A DNA stretch of 64,000 nt from Octopus vulgaris. Lineage: Eukaryota. The notes below the pieces were generated by a model, which saw only the letters and a list, made by a program, of their open reading frames with translations, was not told the DNA's origin and did not search any database. Position numbers and translations under genes: made by a program. Positions 40,184 through 53,693 of the stretch are shown one piece after another. Positions within the stretch are counted from its first letter, which is position 1. The number at the start of each line of letters is the position of its first letter. The stretch covers positions 105,400,001 through 105,464,000 of the forward strand of contig OX597819.1 in assembly GCA_951406725.2 (NCBI GenBank), given 5' to 3'.

Positions 40184-40684
40184 TATAGGCACACACCAGA
40201 AAAGGTCACAGAAAACGAGAAAGCAACCATACTCTGAGATATGCCGATACACACAGATAGAGAAATTAAGGCTAACAGACCAGATATAGTTGTCAAAGAT
40301 TATGAAGAAAAAAAATGCTTTCTAATTGTTGTATCAATACCGGCTGATGACAACATGTTACTAAAAGAAATGGAGAAATTCTCAAAATACAAAGACCTAG
40401 AAATAGAGGTAACCAGAATGTGGAATCTAAAAACAGAAACAATTCCTATCATAGTAGGTGCATTAGGCATGATAAAAAAAATATTCAGACAAATACATAA
40501 CAAAAACACCAGGACTTACAAACACATATAACATACAGAAAATTGCACTACTAGGCACTGCACACATCCTACGCAAAACACTTTCCATACAATAACCATC
40601 AGAGCATCACAGCACATACCCAAGGCACACAGAGCTGCGCTCGGTAGTGAAGTGAAAGCACGCTATAAAAATAAAACTACTGAA
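40181..40684 (+). mobile_element. 5'-truncated Dong/R4-like LINE 3' end (restriction-like endonuclease)
   Basis: NRPDIVVKD...KE.EK.SKYKDLEIEVTRMW (PD..D/ExK RLE), flanked by (TAA)n. Same family as 63616-64000. Confidence 0.9.
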
Positions 40685-40923
40685 TAATAATAATAATAAT
40701 AATAATATTTGTTTTGTATTATACGGAAATATTTCGCTACTGCCCCTGCCACTTCCTCTCCTTAAGCTTTCAGCCATACTGTAACATCTCTTATCCTTCA
40801 CTTGCTCTAGGGTGCTGGGTGTGACTCGGCTAGTAATTGCAAAAAAACATGCAGATTAAAAGTAAACAACGACAATAATAATAATGACGAAGAAGACGAT
40901 GATGATGGTGATGACGTCACCGA

Positions 40924-40958
<35 letters not shown>

Positions 40959-40994
40959 ACGACGACGACAACAACAACAACAATAATAATTAAT

Positions 40995-41950
40995 AAATGG
41001 CAAATATGTGGCCCGTACCAAATAAGCTGATCTAGACCAGAAATACACCCATATGTGGCTACAGAGCGCAGGGCTAAAGGCAGAGAGTGAAGGCTTTATC
41101 TTGGCTGCCCAAGATCAGAAGTTATTGACCCAGAGCTACCAAGCCAATGTGATGAAAAATAGTGTAGACCCAAAGTGCCTATATTGCAACGATGGAAGAG
41201 AAGCAGTGGACTACCTAATCTCTTGATGTAAGGTTTTAGCACCTGTAGAGTACAAATCAAGACATGACAGAGTTGGCCTATATCTACATTGGATAATGTT
41301 TCGACATTATAAAATCAAAACTGCTGACAAATGGTACAAGCACCAACCTAAGGCTGTAACTGAGGGAGAAAATGTAACTATTCTTTGGGACTTACCAGTA
41401 TATACAGATCGGACCATTAAGGCAAATAAACCAGATATTGTTGTGAAAGATAAAGCAATAAAGTCTGTTTTATTGGTTGACATGAGCATACCCTGTGACC
41501 ATAATGTCCTGGCAAAAGAATTTGATAAGCTCAGAAAATATAAAGATCTGCTAATCGAAAAGATGTGGCATCTCAAGATGGTTGCAATACCAGTGAATGT
41601 AGGAGCACTTGGAATGATCAAAAAAGGAACTGGAAATTATTTAAGAATGATCCCTGGCTTACTATCCATGCAGGAAGTGCAAAAGATTGTCTTAACTGGT
41701 ACGTCACACGTATTGAGAAGAGCATTGTCACTGTAAATTTTTTTCCTCCTCCCCTATTCTATTTGTTTACTTTTCTGTTTTTTGTGTTTTCCTTTTTCTT
41801 TCTGTCTTCTTCCTTTCCTCTATCACATGATTCTGTAAATGAACTATCTGGTATGCTTATTTTAACACACTATGAATGTCTATAATACGTTTCTCTGCTC
41901 TAGGTGTCAGAAAGACACTCAGCAAGAAATAGAAATAATTGAAAGAAGAT
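40995..41950 (+). mobile_element. 5'-truncated Dong/R4-like LINE (CCHC knuckle remnant + RLE)
   Basis: ESEGFILAAQDQ, KCLYC and NKPDIVVKD...KEFDKLRKYKDL...LRRALSL, then 3' UTR and (TAA)n. Confidence 0.9.
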
Positions 41951-41972
41951 GCCAATGAAAATGATGATGATG

Positions 41973-42038
<66 letters not shown>

Positions 42039-42039
42039 T

Positions 42040-42383
<344 letters not shown>

Positions 42384-42384
42384 C

Positions 42385-42898
42385 ATCATCCTGAGCCAGT
42401 CTTTGAAGATAAAAATGTCCCTATTCTCTGAATTTTCCAGACAACCCTGACATAGCGATCCAGGATAATCGAGCAGACATAATTATTAAAGACAGGGAAG
42501 AAAATACTTGTAGACTAATAGCTCCAAGTGTTCCCTCTGAAAAAAATATATCTGTAAAGGAATTTGACAAACTAAGTAAATATAAGGAACTGTGGCATCT
42601 TAAAGCGAGAATTCTTCCTGTTATTGTAGGTACCCTAGGTATGATAAAAAAGGGATGTCAGAAACATCTAGATAAGGTCTCAGAGAAATCTAAAAGATTG
42701 TACTGACAAGCACTGCCCACGTCCTTAGAAAAACCCTATCCATTTAAATGTCTGTGTTGTATTACATGAATATATTTCGCTACTCCCCCCTTCTCCGCAA
42801 GCTTTCAGTCATATTGCAACATCTTATCCTTCACTCGCCATTGGACACTGGGTGTGTCTCGGTAAGTGACTGTAACAGACATGCTGATTAAAAGTAAT
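42385..42898 (+). mobile_element. 5'-truncated Dong/R4-like LINE 3' end
   Basis: NRADIIIKD...KEFDKLSKYK...TAHVLRKTLSI; flanked by (TAA)n/(TAG)n. Confidence 0.85.
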
Positions 42899-42922
42899 GA
42901 TAATAATAATAATAATAATAGC

Positions 42923-43014
<92 letters not shown>

Positions 43015-43026
43015 TAATAATAATAA

Positions 43027-43504
43027 CCCGATATTATTATAAAAGATCACACAAAAAGGATGTGTTTATTAATTGACATGAGTATTCCCTGTGATCACAA
43101 TATAGCGGCGAAAGAATTTGACAAAATTAGTAAATATAAAGACCTGCTAATAGAAATTGAAAAAATGTGGCATCTCAAGGCGACTACAGTACCAGTGATT
43201 GTAGGATCTCTAGGAATGATAAAAAAAAGGTACTGAAACCTATTTGAAAATGATTCCAGGCTTACTATCCCTACAGGAAGTGCAAAAAATCGTATTAACT
43301 GGAACGGCTCATGTACTGAGACGAGCACTATCTCTGTGGAAATAACATCCATGAATTTATTTATTTATTAATTTTTAAATACATATTTTATCTGTGAATT
43401 TGCGCGTGTAATCTAGGAATGCATACAATGCCCTTCTCTGCCCTAGGTGTATGGAAAACATTCGGCGAGAAACGGAAGAAAATTTGAAGAAAGAAGGAAA
43501 AAAC

Positions 43505-43505
<1 letters not shown>
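43027..43505 (+). mobile_element. 5'-truncated Dong/R4-like LINE 3' end
   Basis: PDIIIKD...LIDMSIPCDHNIAAKEFDKISKYKDLLIEIEKMW; (TAA)n on both sides. Confidence 0.88.
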
Positions 43506-43574
<69 letters not shown>

Positions 43575-43576
<2 letters not shown>

Positions 43577-43965
43577 GAGTCTTAATTGAGAAAGAAAGTA
43601 AACTATGCTGAATCATAGATATAGCATGCCTACAATATTACAACAAGTTATGCGGTAAGAAAGAAAGAAAAGTCGATAGGTACGACAGGTTAGCTTGGGA
43701 GGTTAAGCAGTTGTAGTCGATGAAAAAGTTGGTAGTAGTAGCAATAATTGTCGAAGTCCTGGGAACAGTGAGTAAAAATGTCGAGAAGTACATGGAAGAA
43801 ATAGGGGCTGCAATAAGGGTGGAGCACTTGCAGAAAACAGCTCTGCTTGGAACCGCTCGAATACTCCGGAAGGTGCTCGAAAAATAAGAAGCGTTACCTT
43901 AGTTCACTGGTAGTGAACAGCTGATGCCGTAGTACATCTCCAGCTTTAGAAGCTGTGCAAAGGCA
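43575..43965 (+). mobile_element. 5'-truncated Dong/R4-like LINE 3' end (distinct family)
   Basis: IIDIAC...KVDRYDRLAWEVKQL...LGTVSKNVEKY...VEHLQKTALLGTARILRKVLE; related copy at 60625-60895 (-). Confidence 0.8.
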
Positions 43966-43989
43966 ATGATGATGATGATGATGATGATG

Positions 43990-44060
<71 letters not shown>

Positions 44061-44106
44061 CATGGGGACGATAGGAAAAATTGATGTTTAAAGAATGTTG
44101 ACTTAC

Positions 44107-44389
44107 CGGAAATACCACCAAGACTAGATGTTTTGTTACAGTCGTCTTTTTCCTGATTCTTTCTGACGCATACATTGTAAGTAATGGAGAACACTAAACC
44201 AGATGAACATGCCATTTTACCCATGGATCTACCCAGAACACAAATGGAGTATACACTGCAATTTTTCGCGTCCCTTACGAAGGTCGCCATACTGCTAGCA
44301 TGTTCACGTTTGCATATATTACTCTCATCTGTGTAGCCCAATACTACGATTGCAGCAATGATAGCCACTATGCTTAGGTACTTGCACAT
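44107..44389 (-). CDS. Gene B exon 1: signal peptide + chitin-binding type-2 domain 1
   Basis: ATG at 44389 (the ORF-track start at 44446 is TTG). Leader MCKYLSIVAIIAAIVVLGYT, then C-x17-C-x5-C-x10-C-x12-C-x9-C. Donor TCC G|gtaagt. 283 nt, phase 1. Shares VRD..C.V...C and DDCN with gene A exon 1. Confidence 0.9.
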
Positions 44390-44502
44390 GTTGGTTATAG
44401 TCTTGTTGATAATTTCGGAAGAAATGAAAGACAAAAATCTATGCAATGAGTATCAACCGCCGTCTCAAGTGACTCTGAGGAAACCCCGAGAAAAGCAAGG
44501 CT

Positions 44503-44546
44503 CTTTTATACATATAATCTGGGTGTAGACCGCATTAGATGACTCA
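44503..44546 (-). promoter_or_regulatory. Gene B core promoter: TATAAAAG (44510-44503) and AP-1 site TGACTCA (44540-44546)
   Basis: Canonical TATA about 120 nt upstream of the ATG, Inr-like TCAG/TCACTT 30-40 nt downstream of it, and a perfect AP-1 heptamer 30 bp further upstream. Confidence 0.6.
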
Positions 44547-44696
44547 ACCCGTTCAATGTGGTTTCTTAACAATTTCAAAGAGTTTTTGTACACAAACACA
44601 TACACATACACATGCGCGCACACACACACACACACGTATGTATATACATGTGTGTGTGTATAATATGTATGCTTACACACACGCATATATATTCAA

Positions 44697-44727
<31 letters not shown>

Positions 44728-45704
44728 TGTATGTATGTATGTATGTATCTATCTATCTATCTATACGCACATACACATACACACGCATACACATACACAC
44801 ACACTTAGTGAGATAGAAATAGAGAAAGAGAGAGAGAGAGAGTAAGATAGAAAGAGAGAGGGAAAGTGATAAATACGTTTTTATGGATACATATACGTAT
44901 ATTTATAGTTGTTTGTCACTTTGAGCATACGCCTATACATACATGTCACATGTGCATGTATATACACAAACTATTATATAATTATACACGCACGCGCACA
45001 TGCGTACGCATAATTCCTCTGCTGATATGTAAGACCTAGTGCTGCTTTCATACATGCAATCGCACCGCTAGGTCAGTGTAAACCACATTCTTACTTATTA
45101 ATAATCAGGTCAATATTTACGCTTTGCAGCAGATCCAACAGAAATCATTATTGTGAAACTTTTAAGTGACTATTATAAGTGATATTTCAAGAAATATCTC
45201 TAAAACATACACACAAAAAAAGAGAGGAAAAAAACAGGTTTCTAGTGATATTTCTTATTGTGAAACAGTTACAAAAACATTTGTTGATTTTGTGCTGAAG
45301 GAAAAACTTAACATTTTTTTAACTGAAAAATCGTCAATTCAGAAAGTGTTTTTCTTTATTTTGATTTCATTATTTCATTATATTTTCAATGATTTATTTT
45401 TCTACATTTATTTATGTTATTTTATGTTTTTCTCTTGGATTGGTTATTGTGTTTATATTAATGCACCTCTTTCCCAATGTTGCTGTCGTTGTCGTTGTTA
45501 TTGTTGTTGTTGAAAGAGTCCGTTACTGCATTGGATGAAAATGTCTTGCGGTATTTACGTATGCTTGCCTACATTCTGAGTTCAAATCTCGTAGCGTTAA
45601 ACTTTCAGGATCGTCAAAATAAAATATCAGTCAAAAGCTGGGTGAGATGGGGTGTCAATATAATCAACTAAACCCTTTCCTAAATTTCAGGCCTTACTTT
45701 AGCA

Positions 45705-46425
45705 GCTCACGATCAAGCGTTAAAAACAAAGAACTTGAGAAAATATGTGTATGGGGAGAAGATGTTAGAAAAATGTAGAGTGTATGTATTTTGGGATGAA
45801 ATAATGGCATACATTGTTGCAGAATGGACCAAGTTGATTCAAGGCGAATATAAGAAAAGGAGGCATGACCAGGTTATGAAAGTTTGGTACTGAAAGCTTT
45901 GTCAGAAATGAGGAGTTGAAACTGTAAGTACTTGGTATGGTCACCGTGTTGAAAGAGTACTTGAATCGAAGAAATAAAAGATTTTTATGAGATTTTCTTA
46001 TTCATACGGATAAACGCTTGAAAATAATAAACCAGATATAAGAATAATCGACAAAGAGAAGCGATGCTGGTTACTAATTGATCCATCATGTCCATTTGAT
46101 TCCAGGATTGCCAAGAAAGAAGGTGAAAAATTAAATAAATACAATGCCTTAAAATTTGAAATTGCGAGAATCTGTAAATGTTGTGCCTGTGATAATTGGT
46201 GCATTTAGGACTGTGAGTAGTGTTATAGAAAAGTGGTTGAAGGAGATTAGAATGGAATGTCATGTAGAGCTTTTACAGAAAGTTTACCTCTTAGGGACAG
46301 GAAAGATTATCAGAAGGATTTTGAGCACTTAAAAGATTATTGAAAGCTTGTGGATATCTGAGACAGTAATCTGCTACCCAAATATATTCTTCTAGGAATA
46401 AGAAGAAAACTGTGTCAAATCGAAT
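45705..46425 (+). mobile_element. Decayed Dong/R4-like LINE 3' part
   Basis: AAHDQALKT, KCRVY, HIVAE, RRHDQV, NKPDI and VPVIIGAF...LQKVYLLGTGKIIRRIL motifs with frameshifts. Confidence 0.8.
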
Positions 46426-46599
46426 AATAATAGTGACAACAGCAACAACACACCCCACCAGCACGAAGGTGCAACAAATGATGCAATAGAAAGTTGCTTG
46501 AAACTTTCAGATGTCGAAAAATAATAGTGGTGGTGACAATCGTGACGAACGTTACCTTACCTCAGTTTATGAGAGACAGAAGTTTCCGAAGAAACTTTT

Positions 46600-48880
46600 G
46601 TTGTAACAGCGAAAATGAAACGACCATTAAGGAAAGGCGTCTCGCTCGGCAGTGGTTTAGTAAGGATGCAGACTAACCATAGCTGTTATCCTAATACAGC
46701 ATCAGCTGATAATAGAGCAAGGAGTAGGAGGTGGACTAGCAAAGAAAATAGGATAGTGATGCAGTGTTACTTAGAAAGTGAACCTAAAAAAGGGGCTAAA
46801 AAACCCCAGATGTTTGGGTAGAGAAGGGTATGTTTAAAGTGACTGAGCAGAGATTAGTTGATCAAGCTAATACTATTAGGAGAAGAAAGTGGATGACAGA
46901 ATTGGAGGTAGAAGAAATCACAAGGGAACTGAAAAAGAAAGACCAGGCAGTGGGAAAGACAAACAACATAAGAGATAGAGCGCAAACCAAAGAAAAACCT
47001 AAAGGAAAAAATAATAATAGCACTACCGATAAGGAAGGGACAACTTGCACCAACTACTTAAGTGGTTTAAGTGTGGAAGATCAGAAGATTTTAGATGAAT
47101 TGCAGGAAGTAATGAGTAAAGAAGTAAAAAAAAAGATTGCCAGCATTAAAAGGTACCAACAGAAGGAAGCTGATAGATATGACTAAGAAAGTAGATTCTG
47201 TTATTAGTAGGAGAGATACTAAAAATATAGGGGACATCAACTTATTCATCTATGCAAGAGGGGTAGTAATCAGCAGAAAATTAGATATATTGCCGGGAAA
47301 GATTTAAAAAAACCCAGATGTGGAAAAGGAGACGACAAAACAAAGTGAAGACTTTAAGGCAAGATCTGAGAAGAGTAGAAGCCTGGAAAACAAGTTAGGA
47401 AGCACAAGATGCAAATCTTCCTTCGAAAAAAAGATACTTAGTAAAAGAGAAAGGATTTGCGACATAACAGAAGAGTTGAAACAGCGTATCATAGCAGTAG
47501 CAGGCAAGCTCTCCAGATATCAGAAAATAATGGATCAGTATCAACAGAATAGATTATTTGAGACAGACCAACCAAATAACTAGTGGAGAAGAAAGTACTA
47601 AAGATGAGAAACCTAATATAGAAGAAGCTAGAAAGTTCTGGAGTAATATTTGGGATAAGCCAGTCAATCATATTGAAGGTGAAGTATGGTTAAAGAAAAT
47701 GAAGTAGCGAGTGAGAAGAAGCTTTTGTAGATTAGACAAAAACTGAATTAGCAAAGCTAGACAAAAGAACTAGGAAGAAATTCAATATGAATGGAGGACT
47801 CCACCAAAGGGCAGGGGTAGCAAGATTATATCTACCTAGAAAGGAAAACAGAAGAGGGTTAATATCAGTAGAAGACTGCATGGAGTTAGCTAGGGTAGAT
47901 ATAGGCTACTATGTAGGTAACAGTGAAGAAAGTTTATTAAAAATTGCTAGAGTCTCAGCAAGACATAGTGAAACCAAAAACCCGAGCGAAGTTAGAAATC
48001 AGGAGAAGGAACAGAAATTATCTGACTGGCAAGAGAAGGTGTTGCATGGTAGATTCCCAAAGTTGTTGCAAATAGTAGTAGTTAGATATAGTTGTGGTTG
48101 CAGAAAGGAAAGCAGAAGAGGGAGAAAGAAAGTTTTTAGTAGCTGCACAAGATCAAGCGTCAAGAACTAATTGGATAAAAGCCAAAATACACAAAAACCA
48201 AGTAGATTCCCAATGCAGATTATGCAAATTAAAAGAGGAAAGCGTTACTCATATAATAAGTGAATGTAGCATGCTGGCACAGAAAAATACAAGAAAAGAC
48301 GTGGCAATCTAGGGTGATTAATCCACTGGGAGCTACGTGGAAAGTTAGGATTTGAACATATTAATAAAAGGTATGAACATAAACCTAATAAAGTACTAGA
48401 AAGTAATAAATACAAAATGTTCTGGGGCTTCAACATTCAGAAGTTAGAAGACCTGATTTGTTATTAGTAGATAAAGAGGATAGAAAGTGCCAGATAATTG
48501 ACTTTACAGTCCCAAATGATAAAAAAATTAATATGAGAGACATAGAAAAAGTAGAAAAGTACCAGAGCCTAGCCATTGAATTGCAGAGTCTATGGAAAGT
48601 GGGGTAATATATATCCCAGTAATTATAGGTGCATTGGGAACTATCCCTAAAGATCTGAACTGATGGATAGGGGAAATAAGCATAAAACCCTGTTTAGTAC
48701 AGCTCCGGAAAACAGTGTTAGTAGGGACAGCTAGGATAGTTAGGAAGGTTTTTGGCATCTAAGGTTTCTTGCTGTAACCTAATAGGAGGGTTCTTGGCAT
48801 CTAAGTCTACTTGTTGTTGCCGGATGTTAGGATTCTTTTCTTTTCCAACAGTCTAATCTGTTGAGTATATATGAAAATAA
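46600..48880 (+). mobile_element. Dong/R4-like LINE lacking the RT core (internal deletion near 47700)
   Basis: N-terminal RRWTSKENRIVMQCYLESEP, VTEQRLVDQ and EARKFWSNIW join directly to post-RT LDKRTRK...RLYLPRKE.RRGL, then AAQDQA, CRLC...HIISEC and the RLE. Confidence 0.85.
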
Positions 48881-50606
48881 TATTATTGATGACAATAATA
48901 ATACGAGTTAGCTGAATTGTTAGAACGCCGGACAGAATAGGGTAGTAGCATTTCGTCCGTTAATTTTCCACCAAGGTCGACTTTACCTTTCATTCTTTCG
49001 GGGTTGACAAATTACCAGTCAAACACTGGGGTTGATGTAATCGACTAGCTCTCTCACCCTACATTTCAGGCCTTGTGCCTATAGAAGAAAAGATTACCAT
49101 TATTGTTGCTGTTCTCAACTCCCATAGTGTGAAGGCGTCTTTTTGAATCGCCTGTTAAAACACTTTTTTAAGCATTACGAAATTAATTATGATTTTTAGT
49201 ACGTGTTGCTCTCGACACACGAAGGCAGACAGCAAAAGTAAGATGTTTGTTCCACAAATTAAAAACATCATCTATACACTTTACCGTCTCACTTCCAAAA
49301 TGGCTACCACGAATAATTATGCCTCACAACAAGAAACTACAATGGCTACAAAACCAACACAAAATCAAAAACCATTACTAAATGTACAAGAAAAAGAATT
49401 AATAAAAGAAAATCTCTAAAGTATTGAAATAAATAATTTTTTTAAAATCCAGTAGCATTTCATTGCCACAGTAAATAATCTAGCAGCTCTCAAAAGGAAA
49501 AATTATATATTTCTGCTTGTGAAAAGACAGAAGTGGATTATATTTCCCCCCTCACGTCAAATAGTACAAGTTCTCCAATATGTAAAGAGTAAAAAATATC
49601 TAAATTAAAATACGCAAAAGTTATGGCATAATTTACTGACACTTTAAAACTGAAAATGCAGCCAAAACAGGTAGAAATTGTCAGACATAATTCTGACTAT
49701 ATACAGAAGTCAAAGAACCACAAGAATTGCAGCAGGCCTAATAAAAGTTAATCTGTAGTCGGGGGAGTCAAAATGATCTCTCAACTCCTAATGACACTCG
49801 AAGGTCACAGAAAAATAGCATAAGAGTAGAAAACTAAATGCTTGGAAACGAAATACTTGAAATTGTTAATACAGGGTAGAAAGCCTAGTAGTTGTGTTTG
49901 CTGGAATTAAATACACCTTAAAGCTGAATGCCCTGAAGAACGGAGAAGATTAAGCACAAATGAGGCAAACAAAAATAATGAAGTCAACGACATCAATAAC
50001 AACAACAACAATAGAAGCAACAATAATAACAGAATGGTGCCAAATCTCTGGAGATTGCAAAGGAAATATCTTTCGGCATACGATACGATATTAGGCATAA
50101 AAACAGATGAGAAAATACCCCGTGCTCTAACAATATGATGCTCAACAATTTTATTGTATAATAAGGCAGAAATATTTACAGATGAAAATATAAAATGAGA
50201 GAGGAAAAATTTCACAGAAAAAACAATACAAACATGAAGCTACGAGAGAAGCAATTTCTTCTCAATGACAATGGCCCCCCCCCCCAAAAAAAAATAATGA
50301 AGAAAACGCAAGGATGAGGATGAACAAGGATTCATTCGTTATTCGAAAATCAAACTGATAACAGACTAAAATTCGCATCTCTCGTGTTACGGATTCTCTG
50401 AAGTTTGGACTGTGTGGTAAGAAGCTTGTTTCTCAACTGCATGGTTCCGGGTTCAGTCCCACTGCATGCTAACTTGAGCAAGTGTCTTCTATTATAGCCT
50501 TGGGCTGATCAAAACCTTATGAGTGGATTTGCTAGACGGAAACTGAAAGAAGCCTTTCATATACATACATACATACATATATATATATATATATGAATTC
50601 TCCCTA

Positions 50607-50649
<43 letters not shown>

Positions 50650-50696
50650 TTATAATTAAGGGTATCTAGCATGGTGGTAGATACCCTTAATTATAA
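50650..50696. repeat. Perfect 19-bp inverted repeat with 9-nt loop
   Basis: TTATAATTAAGGGTATCTA-gcatggtgg-TAGATACCCTTAATTATAA. Confidence 0.92.
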
Positions 50697-50796
50697 TTTT
50701 AATAATAATTATTACCTATGAGGCTTTTATTTTCATGCTAGCCACTTGATATAATCGGTATTTTAAATAACGATCTTATCCTTATTTATATAAATT

Positions 50797-50846
<50 letters not shown>

Positions 50847-50930
50847 TGTACACACAAATAAGACAGGGTTCCGAAATACCACTTGCTAGAAAGAGGAGTT
50901 AACCTCTAAAACCACAAATTGCTCACTATC

Positions 50931-51056
50931 AAGAAACACGCACGGCGAATGCAATGAACATAATAAAAATAGGCCTTACCTCGTATGAACTACAAAGCAA
51001 GAACAGATATAAGCCTATTTTTATTATGTTCATTGCATTTGCTGTGCGTGGTTCTT
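50931..51056. repeat. Foldback: 44-bp inverted arms with 38-nt loop
   Basis: 50931-50974 pairs with 51013-51056 with 3 differences, two of which form G-U pairs in plus-strand RNA. Confidence 0.9.
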
Positions 51057-51329
51057 ATTAGAATCTCACGTGGACAATTTTTGTAATATCTTACAAATCT
51101 TCACTGTACCACTAATAGATTGCATTTGGAGAATCCGCGTCAGTTTCTTTTGCTCTGTTTCCCGTGAAATCGTGTATTTCTAGGTTTTGTGCAAAATTGT
51201 TGGTACATAACGTAATGCACCTATGATGATAGGTATAAATGAAAATTCATAGTCAGGGTACAAGAGCTGTAAGTTCCACATTAATTCGCCATAAATGTTC
51301 TCTTATTCTTGGAATTTTAATTGTACATT

Positions 51330-51640
51330 CTGCTGGGCAGCTGACCTCTACAGTAGTGCAAACTTTAGTTGGTGGCAATGACAAGCATTGCTTTTCCCAA
51401 TTGCCCTCCTATACTTCACATGCTTTCAACGAGGACTTTCCACAATCATTAAATCGTAGTCTTGATTTCCGCTGATGATGCGTTCCATTAACAAGTTTGC
51501 CATATAGCATTTACTTAAGAATCCTCCAATCATCCATTCGAACAAGACGTCCATTACAACGTAAACAGTCCTTGTGCACCATCGTGTATTGCGGAGAAGA
51601 CGTGTTTTGAGATTGATGCAGTCAAGTATTGTCATTAAAA
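51330..51640 (-). mobile_element. RTE-clade LINE C-terminal fragment
   Basis: LRCNGRLVRMDDWRILK*MLYGKLVNGTHHQRKSRLRFNDCGK matches the RTE motif LRW.GH..RM...R.PK..LYG.L..G.R..GRP.LR.KD. Confidence 0.75.
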
Positions 51641-52149
51641 CTCGACGGTCTCAAGGGGGAGTGTACACATGCCTCGCTAACCTGCACAGGCAGTTCCAGT
51701 TACTTGAAAAATACCGCTTTGATTTGCATCAGTTGAACTGATAGTCTTAGCGAAACTTGTTCACAGTTTTGTGTGTAGTTGGCTACATGTACCAGAAATT
51801 CTGGATCTGTACACTCAACACAGACGAGACCAATGGACAGGGATTCGGTTACTGAAAGTTGAATGGGTCTTTCCTTGCACGGAACATTTCAGGGACCGGA
51901 TTAACGTTCCTTTTGAGAGGGAACTGACGGAGGCCAACACCAACAACAGGTGGTAGGACTCGAGAAAACAAAACAAAACAAAACAAAAAACAACTGAGCA
52001 ACATTAATTGGTTTTATAAAAGATTTAGCTATAGATAGTGATATAGTACAGGAGGCGTTCGCCAGTCAATTAGAAGTGGCTGCGTTAGACATGTTGACAG
52101 TGGAAGTGTTTTCGATCATTTCTTCGACGTGAAACACGTAGAATACGTT

Positions 52150-53080
52150 GTTTCAGTTAGAGCGCATGTCCTGAAATACTTTCTCTGCGCTTTATTTTAT
52201 CGATTTCAGTATTCCTGAGGGTGATTCTGATCTAATTCTCTGGCTTCAGTTTCTGTGTCTAATTTTATGTTCTAAATTGTTGTTAATTTGTCTCTTCATG
52301 GCACTGTTGGCTAATTCCATTCTTATTTTATGTATTTGTTGAATTTAGGAACAATTTTTAATAGGTTCCCCAGTTGGTTTTTATTTTAAAGCCATCTATA
52401 TGGAGGAAATGATTTATAATTTGTAGTAATCTATAATCAGTGCTAATTTCATTCAGCATATTTGTTAACGGAGTCAAAGCTAAGAAAAATAGGAGAGGGA
52501 CAATGAGTCTTATAGCAAGATTCATTTCCGCACAAGCATAAGACTGCTTTGAATTAGTTTTTACTTTGCCTTATATGGACATGGTTTTTCATTTTGACAG
52601 AGCATAGTTGGTGTATTTTTTTTTCGTATTGCAATGTGGCATATTTCAGTTGTCAATCTCAGGTATATTTGTTTTGAGGAAATTAATAGTTTTCCCAGCT
52701 AGCAGCCATTTACAACTCGATTCTGAATAGTAAGCCACAATCAAGTCATTGAATGATACCATCAGATATCTATCACTACTAGTCAAAAGTTTCAACCAGA
52801 AATTACTGCACTTGTCAATCCAGTGGCTTTCTAGTTACACGAAGCCCTTAAAATGTTGGTGTGTTCCTTACCGGCAACCGTTGTTTATGTTTGCAGTGCT
52901 GATATGTTTTACCTCTGACGCCTTATGTGTTTTCTTTGTTCCTGAATATTCTTTGCTCCGCATTCCCTCCCAGAACATTTGAATTTCCCTCGGTGATGGT
53001 TTGTCTTTCAGTATTAGCTTTTTTTTTGGTGATGCCCCTGTGAAATCTTCTGATATTTCATTCATATACTTTACTCATCT
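52150..53080 (-). mobile_element. Decayed Dong/R4-like RT fragment
   Basis: PSPREIQMFWEG, DSLS(P)LLFFLALTPL..ML and INHFLHIDGFK (decayed INHLLYMDDLK). Confidence 0.65.
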
Positions 53081-53321
53081 GGAAGAAGAAGCGCTCGCGT
53101 CAATTGATGCCGCTTTATTCTAAATACTTTGTGTGTGTGTTTGTATGTATTTGTGTGTGGTGTGTGTTTGTATGTATTTGTGTGTGGTGTGTGTATGTAT
53201 GTGTGTGTGTGTGTGTGTGAATGCGTGTCTATTTGTCTGTTTCAATATGTATATATAAATGTATATATATATATATATATACATACTCACACACACACAT
53301 ACATACATATATATATATATA

Positions 53322-53378
<57 letters not shown>

Positions 53379-53693
53379 AGAGAGAGATCACAGACAATCC
53401 TATTTGTAAACAGAAACCGTTTAAGTTTTGAAATCAAGGCTTTGTCCAGAATCTTATCGGGTTATTTGTGATGAGTTTGCCGATTTCAATTAAATATTCA
53501 GAAATAAAGGTGCAGGTCACACACAAAGCCACAAGCACAGACACACAGGAACTGAAACCAAGCAGAATAAGAAGAATTTCAACTTAATCTTCTGAAAGCT
53601 TACGTATTTAAATAAATCTATGCTGAAAGGGTTTGTGTCACTGGGACCTAACGTGTTTTGCTGCATTGTATGCTTCTATATACAGGCCTGCAC

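Noticed and set aside
44390-44446. N-terminal extension of gene B in the ORF track
   Set aside because: It starts at TTG. The ATG at 44389 directly precedes the signal peptide and matches the length of gene A exon 1.
49100-50300. A-rich region with short ORFs resembling a LINE 5' region
   Set aside because: No diagnostic motif could be read with confidence; left unannotated.
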